A DNA stretch of 63,852 bases, the filler included, from Octopus bimaculoides (lineage: Eukaryota), in NCBI RefSeq assembly GCF_001194135.2. It is 6 parts of 5 records of this genome, joined end to end, with 100 filler letters (N's around TTAATTAATTAA, not from the genome) between each part and the next. Parts side by side here need not be neighbours in the genome. Positions count along the whole stretch, not along the records: positions 1,890 to 11,833 come from NC_068997.1; positions 11,934 to 39,479 come from NC_069007.1; 4 more parts are not named here. One strand, 5' to 3'. Shown one piece after another: positions 11,726-22,654 of this stretch (the first letter of the stretch is position 1; the number at the start of each line of letters is the position of its first letter). Under the pieces are notes generated by a model. It worked only from the letters and a program-made list of their open reading frames with translations. It had not been told where the DNA came from and searched no databases. The position numbers were made by a program, and so were the translations under genes.

Positions 11726-11726
<1 letters not shown>
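11436..11726 (-). mobile_element. Non-coding dispersed element in (TAA)n, internally deleted copy
   Basis: Matches both ends of 54577-55113 in reverse complement but lacks about 230 bp of the middle. Flanked by (TTA)n on both sides. Confidence 0.75.
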
Positions 11727-11809
<83 letters not shown>

Positions 11810-11833
11810 CATTATTATTATTATTATTATCGA

Positions 11834-11933
11834 NNNNNNNNNNNNNNNNNNNNNNNNNNNNNNNNNNNNNNNNNNNNTTAATTAATTAANNNNNNNNNNN
11901 NNNNNNNNNNNNNNNNNNNNNNNNNNNNNNNNN
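11834..11933. other. Artificial scaffold linker N44-TTAATTAATTAA-N44
   Basis: Same 100-bp unit as at 1790. Confidence 0.95.
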
Positions 11934-11974
<41 letters not shown>

Positions 11975-12485
11975 TGCGTATATATGTATGCTTATTTCAC
12001 ACGCGCGTGCGCTTTTTTAACATATTGAAAATATGGAATACTGTAGTATTCCATAGCAGCTCTTAAAGAGCCCTCTTATATATGACTTCACATATCATTT
12101 TACTTCTGTCACGTAGTTCTCATCCAACATCTCTAAAACTACATGTTTTGGATGTGCGTGCGATAACTCCCTTTGTTATGATTGGTAATAGACAACTTGT
12201 CATGCTGTTTTTCTACTGTGGAGTAACTTATTTAACTGTTTTGGGGGTGGGTTATAACTCGTTGTTTATAAGCGTGTTTAGTATCTGCAACAATGTTAGG
12301 AAAATTAATGTATGTTTATCGGAAAAGTTTGAGTATTGAAACGCTTGTATACTTAGTGGTCAGTGACAAACTTTTATTAGATTAACTCTCAGAATGCTTT
12401 TAGTTGTATACATGTTAATATTAAATCAACAGGGTGCATTAAACCGGATGATATTTGAAACCCAAACTATTGCAGTCTTGTGTCC

Positions 12486-13135
12486 TTATTTCAGATGGTG
12501 AAGATGGGAGCTTTGGTATAATATAGTACCGTCCAGTTCGAGGATGGTATAGCTGTCAATTCCACAATTGGGAGCTAAACCCTCCAAGATCTTCCATATA
12601 TCATTGCATATCTCTCTCGTCTTCTCTCCAGGGAATAAGGACTGGATTACTTTGAGTTCCACAGTTTGTTTCACACTCTCTGGGGACCATAGTTGGGAGC
12701 AGTAGTCCAAGCGGCTGAGAGCGAAAGTAGAAGTAGAAGAGCATCCATAGAAGCAGAAGAGCATCCCTTTTACTGGTTCTGAATGTCCTCAGAATCCATC
12801 CAGCCACTCGCCCGCTCAGTGTTGCCATCTTGGGAATATGCACATGAAATGTTGCATCATTGCTCATATGAACCTCCAGGTCACACACTGATTCTCACCC
12901 TGGGATCGTATTACCTTCTGGCCCAGTGGATTCCAATTTTAGCCTCGTGTTGGACAGATAGTAGAATGCCTCAAATTTCATAACATTGGACTGCATGTTT
13001 TTTTTGTTAGTCCGTTTGTGTATTTCATTCAGGTCTTTCTGAATGTTTTATGATGACCTGTGGGTTCCTAAATGCCTGCGATACTTTTGTGTCGTCAGCA
13101 TTACTGGTCAAATTGGCTGACTGTACCGCGGAAAG
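12486..13135 (-). mobile_element. CR1/L2-group LINE reverse transcriptase 3' fragment (decayed)
   Basis: Manual translation gives ...NADDTKVSQAF...IQKDLNEI (YADDTK-like), then CDLEVHMSND.TF..HI...GWILRTF, ALSRLDYCSQLWSP and IWKILEGLAPN. Several stops and frameshifts. Confidence 0.8.
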
Positions 13136-13174
13136 CATGTCTGAGAGGGCTACCACAAATTGGTAGCCTTCTCA

Positions 13175-13237
13175 GATCAACTGGAACCCTCGACGTCTTA
13201 AGCGACGGAGTGCCAACAACAACAACAACAACAACAA
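13175..13237 (+). mobile_element. SINE family A, 5'-truncated 3' end
   Basis: gatcaactggaaccctcgacgtc..agcgacggagtgcc(aac)n matches the family A tail. Confidence 0.85.
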
Positions 13238-13341
13238 TAGTCCTATATATATTTTTCATAGTAATTTTGATGTTCTAATGTCATAAGAAAAATTTCCCCA
13301 TAATTACTGTGTCCGTGATAACATCATAAAGGCATTATCTT

Positions 13342-13571
13342 CCTTTTACTTTCTTTCAGTCTTTAAGTTGCGGCCATGCTAGGGCACCGCCTTGGGGAAT
13401 TAAGTCAAGCAGAGCGTCTCCGGAAGTTATTTTGTTTCATTAAGTCTGCTCCTTACGCAAACAGTTTTTCCATTTTGCCAAACCGCTAATGGGCGGGAAA
13501 GTAAACAAACCAACACCAATTGTCAACAAGTGCGAGGGGAACTGTTACTAACACAAAAACACGCACACACA
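13342..13571 (-). mobile_element. SINE family C, 3' half, running into (CA)n at the gap
   Basis: tgcggccatgctagggcaccgcc and acaccaattgtcaa match the 3' half of 44617-44938. Confidence 0.6.
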
Positions 13572-14188
13572 NNNNNNNNNNNNNNNNNNNNNNNNNNNNN
13601 NNNNNNNNNNNNNNNNNNNNNNNNNNNNNNNNNNNNNNNNNNNNNNNNNNNNNNNNNNNNNNNNNNNNNNNNNNNNNNNNNNNNNNNNNNNNNNNNNNNN
13701 NNNNNNNNNNNNNNNNNNNNNNNNNNNNNNNNNNNNNNNNNNNNNNNNNNNNNNNNNNNNNNNNNNNNNNNNNNNNNNNNNNNNNNNNNNNNNNNNNNNN
13801 NNNNNNNNNNNNNNNNNNNNNNNNNNNNNNNNNNNNNNNNNNNNNNNNNNNNNNNNNNNNNNNNNNNNNNNNNNNNNNNNNNNNNNNNNNNNNNNNNNNN
13901 NNNNNNNNNNNNNNNNNNNNNNNNNNNNNNNNNNNNNNNNNNNNNNNNNNNNNNNNNNNNNNNNNNNNNNNNNNNNNNNNNNNNNNNNNNNNNNNNNNNN
14001 NNNNNNNNNNNNNNNNNNNNNNNNNNNNNNNNNNNNNNNNNNNNNNNNNNNNNNNNNNNNNNNNNNNNNNNNNNNNNNNNNNNNNNNNNNNNNNNNNNNN
14101 NNNNNNNNNNNNNNNNNNNNNNNNNTATACATACATACGCGCATATATATATATAAATATATATAAATATATATATGCATATGTCTGT

Positions 14189-14223
<35 letters not shown>

Positions 14224-14765
14224 TGTGTGTGTGTAATTAGAAAGATCAAAAGAATCTCATCTAGCCATTTTGCCAAAAAACCTTACCCAAGGTAGGAAGC
14301 TATTTAAATAATCTGTCCAATCACATCAAAATTCTTCGCAGTTATGATGATTCTCATTTACCATTCTTCCTTTATCTGTTATACTTTATTTTCATTTCCA
14401 TCACTCATCATCGTCATCATCATCATCATCGTCATCATCATCATCATCATCGTCATCATTGATATTATTATGATTTTTTTATTATTATTGACATATTTAT
14501 TTATTTATTTTTATTTTTTTTTACCGAGTGGCAAATGTCAGATATTTTTCTCTCGTATATATTATTTGTTTTTTTTTTACCTTTTTGTTCTCTGTTTAAT
14601 ATTTTTATTATTTTCTTTTATATAGTTTTACGGTTTCAGGAACAGGGTGGAAGATCTATTCCATTTATTTATTTATTTTGGTATCATTGTTTATGGAATT
14701 GTTGTTGCAGCGTTTTAATGTTTCCGAATTCCCGCAAAGACATGTTTGAGAGCGCGTGCGCCAGT

Positions 14766-14779
14766 ATACATACATACAT

Positions 14780-14870
<91 letters not shown>

Positions 14871-15261
14871 CGCACGCACACACACATACGCACACACTTA
14901 TGTCCTCACCTGCCTCTCATACATCCTGTTCCTCAATAATATTAACAATGATTGTAGTAGTTGTAGTAGTAGTAGTAGTACACCAAACAATGTGACTTGC
15001 GTCTCGTATTCCGCCAAGAATCTTATTGAAGTGGTACACATATTCATATATACATACATATATATGTATGTATATTCATCTATGTTTACATGTATGACAG
15101 AATATGTGTACTGTAAGCTGATAGGTGAACTTGTACTTAAGTGTATGCGTGTAAAAATGTGTGAGTATATATATATACGCATGTATATATATATATATAT
15201 ATAAATATATCTATATATATATATATGTATATATATATGTATATATATATCGATAAGTATA

Positions 15262-15356
<95 letters not shown>

Positions 15357-15400
15357 TTATGTGTTTGTATGTATGTATGTATATACTTATATACATATAT
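14766..15400. repeat. (CA)/(TA)n microsatellite cluster
   Basis: Directly visible at 14766-14890 and 15165-15400. Confidence 0.9.
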
Positions 15401-15639
15401 AAAACATAAATTCATCAATTCCAATCACTATATGAGTTTATGTGGGTGTAGGATTGTGTAAGCATATGTGCGTGAGTGCATCTAAAACACGTGCTCTGTC
15501 ACACGTACACATGCTTATACATATATATATTCATAATATAAAATATTATACACACACAAACACACACACACACATACACACACACACACTATATATATAT
15601 ATATATGGATGAATGTTAAAATTATACAAATTTATTAAT

Positions 15640-15830
15640 TTACTCTCTTTTACTCTTTTACGTTACAAATCTTTTACTCTTTTACTTTACAAATCGACCC
15701 CAGGACTTACTCTTTGGAAGCCTAGTACTTATTCTATCGATCTTTTTTGCCGAACCGCTAAGTTACGAGGACATAAACACACCAGCATCGGTTGTGAAGC
15801 GATGTTGGGGGGACAAACACAGACACACAC
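15640..15830 (-). mobile_element. SINE family C, 3' half
   Basis: cctagtacttattctatcg...gccgaaccgctaagttacg...acaccagcatcggttg...ggggacaaacac is the reverse complement of the 3' half of 44617-44938. Confidence 0.75.
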
Positions 15831-16425
15831 ATACATACATACATAATTTCCTGTAACTATATGGCTCGTCAAAAAAAGATCCGATAGAATAAGTAAAAGA
15901 TTTAAAAAGGAAAACAAAAACAAAAGAGGAATTGATACCTTATGACCGCATTCTCCTAAATGAAAAATGTTAAAGATTTATGCGTATATATATATATTTG
16001 TGCATCTGTATATATATNNNNNNNNNNNNNNNNNNNNNNNNNNNNNNNNNNNNNNNNNNNNNNNNNNNNNNNNNNNNNNNNNNNNNNNNNNNNNNNNNNN
16101 NNNNNNNNNNNNNNNNNNNNNNNNNNNNNNNNNNNNNNNNNNNNNNNNNNNNNNNNNNNNNNNNNNNNNNNNNNNNNNNNNNNNNNNNNNNNNNNNNNNN
16201 NNNNNNNNNNNNNNNNNNNNNNNNNNNNNNNNNNNNNNNNNNNNNNNNNNNNNNNNNNNNNNNNNNNNNNNNNNNNNNNNNNNNNNNNNNNNNNNNNNNN
16301 NNNNNNNNNNNNNNNNNNNNNNNNNNNNNNNNNNNNNNNNNNNNNNNNNNNNNNNNNNNNNNNNNNNNNNNNNNNNNNNNNNNNNNNNNNNNNNNNNNNN
16401 NNNNNNNNNNNNNNNNNNNNNNNNN

Positions 16426-16475
<50 letters not shown>

Positions 16476-17452
16476 GTATAATGAGTTAAAATCACAATGT
16501 ATAAACAGATGGGTAACAGACAACACCTCATCAGTTATCGGCTAGATGGTCAACTGCCATTTCGCGCCTAACCGAATATATTGAATCCTCTACTGGTGGC
16601 GCCGACGGCAATCGTCGCCGGGAATCGGCGACCCAAAAAACATGAAGCAACGCAGAAGATGAACAGTCGGACAAGAATGCAATACAGAAAGTTAACATAC
16701 AAACGTCGAATGAATGTAATCCAAAACGAGACATCTAGTGGATGCACGAGAGACAGAGAAGAAAACAAAAAGGACTGTGGGTACACAAATGAACTGATAT
16801 AAATAAAGGGACACTTTCATCTATCAAATCCACTCGCATGGGTAGTGGCCGACTCGGACTATTGTAAAAGAGATTTGGCCCCAGTTGTCCTGCAGTGGCA
16901 CTGAATCCAGACCCACTAACTTGCAAAGCGAGCTTCTTAACTATACAGCCGTACTTTACCTGGACCAAGAAAAAAATTCGCTCCAAAAGTAAAGTATTCG
17001 TGGTCTTGCATGATTTCTTGTGCATCTGGAGTTATCCCAAAACATGGATTCTACAACACACGTCTGCAATGAGTACGTGACTGAATCTCTTCTCACTGAA
17101 ATAATAATAAAAATAAAAAGACTCAGGAATGCTATTTTAACTCGATTACGTGTTGGAAAATGAGAAGTAATTAAACGCAGAACTAACGATAACTATTTCT
17201 GATTTATTTCTCATGTTAATAATGTTCTCTGAATTTTGGCACAAGACCAGGGGTTAAAAAGAAAAAAAGAAGAATATCGAGAAAATCGATCCTAGCAATT
17301 TATTAGTATAACTTTTTCGGACTTCCGCCCCTTTGCCACCCATGTTACATTCCTAGCGACCTCCAACTCGCCACCACAAACGTAGATAACTGTCTGCAGC
17401 AGATTCAAAACCACCATATTTCACAAATAAAACTCAATTTACTTAAACCACA

Positions 17453-17749
17453 GGCTGAGCACTCCACAGGCAGGTGTACTCCTAACGTAGTTCTCGGGGA
17501 TATTCAGCGTGACACAGTGTGACAAGGCTGACCCTTTGAAATACAGGCACAACAGAAACAGGAAGAAAGAGTGAGACAAAGTTGTGGTGAAAGAGTACAG
17601 CAGGATTCGCCACCATCCCCTGGCGGAGCCTCGTGGAGCTTTTAGGTGTTTTCGCTCAATAAACACTCATAACGCCCGGTCTGGGAATCGAAACCGCGAT
17701 CCTATGACCGCGAGTCCGCTGCCCTAACCACTGGGCCATTGCGCCTCCA
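17453..17749 (-). mobile_element. SINE family A, lacking the 3' ~70 nt
   Basis: High-identity match to 4696-5085, including the A and B boxes. Confidence 0.9.
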
Positions 17750-17756
17750 TATATAT

Positions 17757-17905
17757 AACGGGCTTATTTCAGTTTCTGTCTACCAAATCCACTCTCAAGA
17801 CTTTGGTCGGCCCGAGGCTATAGTGGAAGACACTTGCCCAAGAATCCACGCAGTGGCACTGAAACCAGAACGTCATGGTTGGGAAGCAAGCTTCTTACTA
17901 CACAC
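17757..17905 (-). mobile_element. SINE family C, 5' half
   Basis: tttcagtttctgtctaccaaatccactc...ctttggtcggcccgaggctatagt.gaagacacttgcccaag. Confidence 0.8.
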
Positions 17906-19199
17906 CCACACTACATTTACGTAATAACTGAGTATAGTAAATTACCTTTAAGAACTTATGCACTCAAGTACCACACATCACATGATTTATCTCTTCGTTT
18001 TCCCCGCTTCCCCGTCATTCCCAACAGAGTATCATAGCATCTATGAATACCAAGTTAAATATTTTCAATTTCCATCATGGCCGCTATGAATTTCTTAATC
18101 CGCTCTAAGATCACAGTTATTAATAATAACTATACCATTTTATACACAACCTACACGTCGCTGATTTAATCTTATCATTTCGTAAAAGTTAGAACCTGAT
18201 CACCAAATACGTTAACTTATTTACCAAAAAAATTTATTTAATTATCATAAACTCATTTATCATATGAGATAGAACAGACCAGCGTTCAATAAACCGCGTT
18301 CTATTACATATTTAATTTTTTCTTTTCATACACACAAAAACACACACAAATACAAACAGAGACACAAATGTATATATATATATAACTAAAGACTTGTTTT
18401 GTTTATGCTTTCCCCTCCGGNNNNNNNNNNNNNNNNNNNNNNNNNNNNNNNNNNNNNNNNNNNNNNNNNNNNNNNNNNNNNNNNNNNNNNNNNNNNNNNN
18501 NNNNNNNNNNNNNNNNNNNNATATATATATACTACGCGCGCAGCAGATTAGAGAAAAGAGACTGGGCGAGTGTGTAAGCAATTACATAAGCTCAGAACTG
18601 TGTCGAAATGAAAAAAATATAAACAAGAATAAAAATGAATAAATAGATAAATAAAATAAATGAATTAAAATAAAGTAAAATGAAAGCAACCCCGACGTTC
18701 GTGTAAAAATAATTATAAAAATAGTTACAAATATATTACTGAAATACTGTTAAAAAAATATTATAACAAAAACTCTATTCTTACTCCTCAACAACCAAAG
18801 AAGAAACAAAAAGCAAAAGAGAAGTCAGTATATATAAAAAAAAAAACATAAAAGAAAAATGCTGAAATCATTAAATAAATTACAATGAGGAGAGATATAT
18901 AGATGGAAGAGAAAAGTATAAACAAATAAAGTATAAGGTGGGTGCAACCAATGTCACAAATAAACGTAATTTATAATGTTAAATAGATTTTTATCACTGG
19001 CAATATGCCAGAACATTTTCAGTGTGGGGAACGGAGAACAGCCATCGCAGCAAATTTATCCTAGATTCTAATATTCGGTGCCTATACAGTTTATTGACCT
19101 TGGGATTTATCTATTTATTTCTTAATATATTAATTTATTTACGGCTGTTTTGGAGTCAAATAAAGACAGGTATGAAATAAATAAAATAAAATAATAATG

Positions 19200-19229
<30 letters not shown>

Positions 19230-19235
<6 letters not shown>

Positions 19236-19305
19236 GCTAGAGAGATGAGTTCTTTACTTTTGTATACGATTACAAAAGTAAAGAACTCATCTCTCTAGCT
19301 ATTAT
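19230..19305. repeat. Perfect 35-bp-stem hairpin with a 6-nt loop
   Basis: ataatagctagagagatgagttctttacttttgta (19230-19264), loop tacgat, then the exact reverse complement (19271-19305). Confidence 0.92.
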
Positions 19306-19394
19306 ATTTCTGCTGAGTTACTTCAGTCCTCTATATATAAACTAATAATAATAATAATATTAATAGTAATAGAATTAGTAGTAGTAGTAGTAGT

Positions 19395-19611
19395 AATCCT
19401 TTCTACTAAAGGCAGAAGGCCTAAAGTTCGCGGGGAGGGGACAAGTAAAGAACACCGACCCCAGTGTTTCATTAGTACCTAATTTATCGACCCCGATAGG
19501 ATGAAAGGCAAAGTGAACCTCGGCGGAATTTGAACTCACATCGTAGCGACGGACAAAATACCGCTAAGCATTTCGTCTAGCACGCTAACGATTCTGCCAG
19601 CTCGTCACCCT
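19395..19611 (-). mobile_element. SINE family B (tRNA-like head, cctttcatcc...ggggtcgataaa central domain)
   Basis: Reverse complement reads gagctggcagaatcgttagc...gagttcaaattccgccgaggt...gcctttcatcctatcggggtcgataaattaggtac...agtagaaaggatt followed by (ACT)n. Confidence 0.85.
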
Positions 19612-19806
19612 GATATACTACTACTACTACTACTACTACGATACGACATCTACTACTAGAATTAGTAGTAGTAGAATTAGTAGTGGTGGTAATAGAGAAA
19701 GTATTTTTATTATTATTATTATTATTATTATTAGTAGTAGTAGTAGTAGTAGTAGTAGCAGCAGTAGTAGTAGTAGAAGTAGTAGTAGTTATGATAACAA
19801 TAATAT

Positions 19807-20015
19807 AATCCTTTCTACTCTAGGCACAAGGCCTGAAATTTTGGGTGATGGGGCTAAGTCGATCACATCGACCTCTGTACTCAACTGGTACTTAATTTAT
19901 CGACCCCGAAAGGATGAAAGGCAAAGTCGACCTCGGTGGAATTTGAACTCAGAACGTAGCGGCAGACGAAATACCGCAACGCATTTCGCCCGGCTTGCTA
20001 ACGATTCTGCCAGCT
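19807..20015 (-). mobile_element. SINE family B, near full length
   Basis: High identity to 19395-19611, with the same head and central domain. Confidence 0.85.
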
Positions 20016-20958
20016 AGTGACGTCAATTCTCTTCACTCATCCTTCGAGGCGGTTGCTTCATCATGGCCGTAGTTGATTGACGAAAGTAAGTAAAAGCTTA
20101 AAGATAGAAGATATGGTCTGGAAGAAATTTAGTCATTATTCTTAGCAAGCTGAGTGGCTGCGTGCATAGATATTGGCTCGAAGTGGGATTCTGTGTAGTG
20201 TCATCATTGTCTTTCATACTGTCCCCGTTGGTTCTGTCTCCCCCTTGAAAATGAGAAAGGGTGATTAAGGGGAAAGACATTTCTGGTACAAGGGAGCAAC
20301 GTAGTAAACAATGTTGGTTTGATTGTAAGTCTGAAATAGAAATGACACTAATTACAATGTAAGCGACACCATTTTGTTTTTCTCTGTCTTTTGTTTGTTT
20401 GTTTTTATGTTTTTTTTTTGTTTTGTTTTTTTTTGAAGAGGGACAAATTTTAAGGTTCCGAATTAACAGATTATTCAGGGTATGTAATACTGCCTCGCAT
20501 TATTCATTCTAAATGTCCGCAATCTGAGTTCAAATGCCACCGAGATGAACTTTTCGGTGGCTTTTTCTGTGGTCGACAATAGTATGTACCAATCCAAGAG
20601 TTCTGTGTTCGTCACCTACCACCGCTTAACAACCGGTATAAATATGTTTACGTCCCCCTAACATAGTACTTCGGCGAAAGAGATCGATGGAATAAGTACC
20701 AAGTTTAAAACTTTTATCGGGTTTGACTCAATCGACTAGAAATTCTTCAAGGTGGCGCCCCAAGATGGCCGCAGCCTAATGACTGAAACAATATATAAAT
20801 TCTTTTTTTTTATTCTTTTTATTTGTTTCAGTAATTTTGACTGCGGCCATGCTAGAGCACAGCTTCCGGACTTACTGTTTGTAACTCTATTATTTATTCT
20901 ATCGATCTTTAATAAACTTTAAAACTAGTTTAGAAAATACTCTTTATTACTGCTGCTG

Positions 20959-21028
<70 letters not shown>

Positions 21029-21101
21029 TTGNNNNNNNNNNTATATATATATATATATATATATATGTACATATGTGTATATGTATGTACTTATGTATGT
21101 A

Positions 21102-21145
<44 letters not shown>

Positions 21146-21154
21146 TTTCTTCAC

Positions 21155-21305
21155 AATTTCTGTCTGCCAGTATCACTCTCAAGGAATTTATTGGTCCGAG
21201 ACTATAGAAGACACTTGCCGAAGGTGTGAGGCAGTGGGACTGGACTGAACACGAAACCTCGTGTGTGCAAAGCAAACTTCTTAACCACACAGCCATGTCT
21301 GCGCC
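21155..21305 (-). mobile_element. SINE family C, 5' half
   Basis: ccgagactatagaagacacttgccgaagg...cttcttaaccacacagccat. Confidence 0.7.
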
Positions 21306-21524
21306 TGCTTGTTTTTGCTATTTTTCTTTTTAACTGGAGGGCTGGTGGGTGTCAGGGACAAACTTTATAAAATGGCCCCACAATCTCCTTTTTTTTTTCG
21401 AAAAGACATCTATCTCCATCAGGAGTGTCAAACGTCACCCGAATAAACCTCTGGATTGGAATAATTTTGCCAAAATTCTTGTGAAACGTACACCGTGACA
21501 TTCATTAAATATCAGTTTAGATTT

Positions 21525-21555
<31 letters not shown>

Positions 21556-21917
21556 TGCTGTTGTCATGATTTCGGTGGTGGTGAAATGGTGGTGGTGGTG
21601 GTGGTGGTGGTGGTAGCATTTAGTGCAGTGGTGGCTGTTGGAGGGGATTTATTATTTATTGTAGTGGTGTTGGAGGAGACGGGAATGGCAATGGTGCAGT
21701 TTAGATTTTGTAGTGATGTGTGTAGCGGTTGCGGTAGTGGTAGTAGTAGTAGTAGTACTACTACTACTACTAGTAGTAGTAGTAGTTGCACTAATGAGGG
21801 TGGTAGTGCATTAGTAGCAATTGAAGTGGTACTGGTGGCGTTGGTGGTAATAACGTAACAGCAACACCAGCATCAGTAGCAACAACAGTAGCAGAAGTAG
21901 TATTATAGTAGTAGTAA

Positions 21918-21961
<44 letters not shown>

Positions 21962-22047
21962 ATAGTAATAGTAGTTGTTGTAGAAGTGGTAGTAATGTTA
22001 GTAGAAACAGCAGTAGTAGTAATAGTAGTAGTAGTAGTAGTAGTAGT
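21525..22047. repeat. Compound (GTA)/(GTG) trinucleotide tract
   Basis: Directly visible. Confidence 0.9.
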
Positions 22048-22311
22048 AAACTGTTTTCTAAACTAGTTTTAAAATTTATTAAATTACTAAAAATACTTGT
22101 CGAGTGTATCTTCAACAATTAACTCAATAAAACTCTCTTTTTAATATGAGCCTAATAAGCTATATATGGGTGTCTGTGTGTATAAGTTCACTCGACACTC
22201 GAATCTCACAAGACACCACGCCTTAATTGGTTTCATTGAAGAATTTATGACCTAAAAGTGCTCTAGAAGTACTTATTATTTGGTTATGACATGCTTATGT
22301 GAAAAATATCC

Positions 22312-22349
<38 letters not shown>

Positions 22350-22517
22350 GACACACACACACACACACACACGTACACATGTACTTCGTACTGAAGAAAT
22401 CCAATCAAATTGAAATAGCAGCTGTATACGAAATAATTGTATGGTTGAAGCGAAAGAAAAGGAAATTAGCTAAATGCATAAAGATTCTATATGCATCCAC
22501 ACACAAACACGCATGCG

Positions 22518-22572
<55 letters not shown>

Positions 22573-22654
22573 GTGCCAGGTTCTTCACGCACTCTCCCTA
22601 TGATGTAGCCCTTTAGATATAGGTTGTCGTGGATAGATTTATTTGAAATAACGC

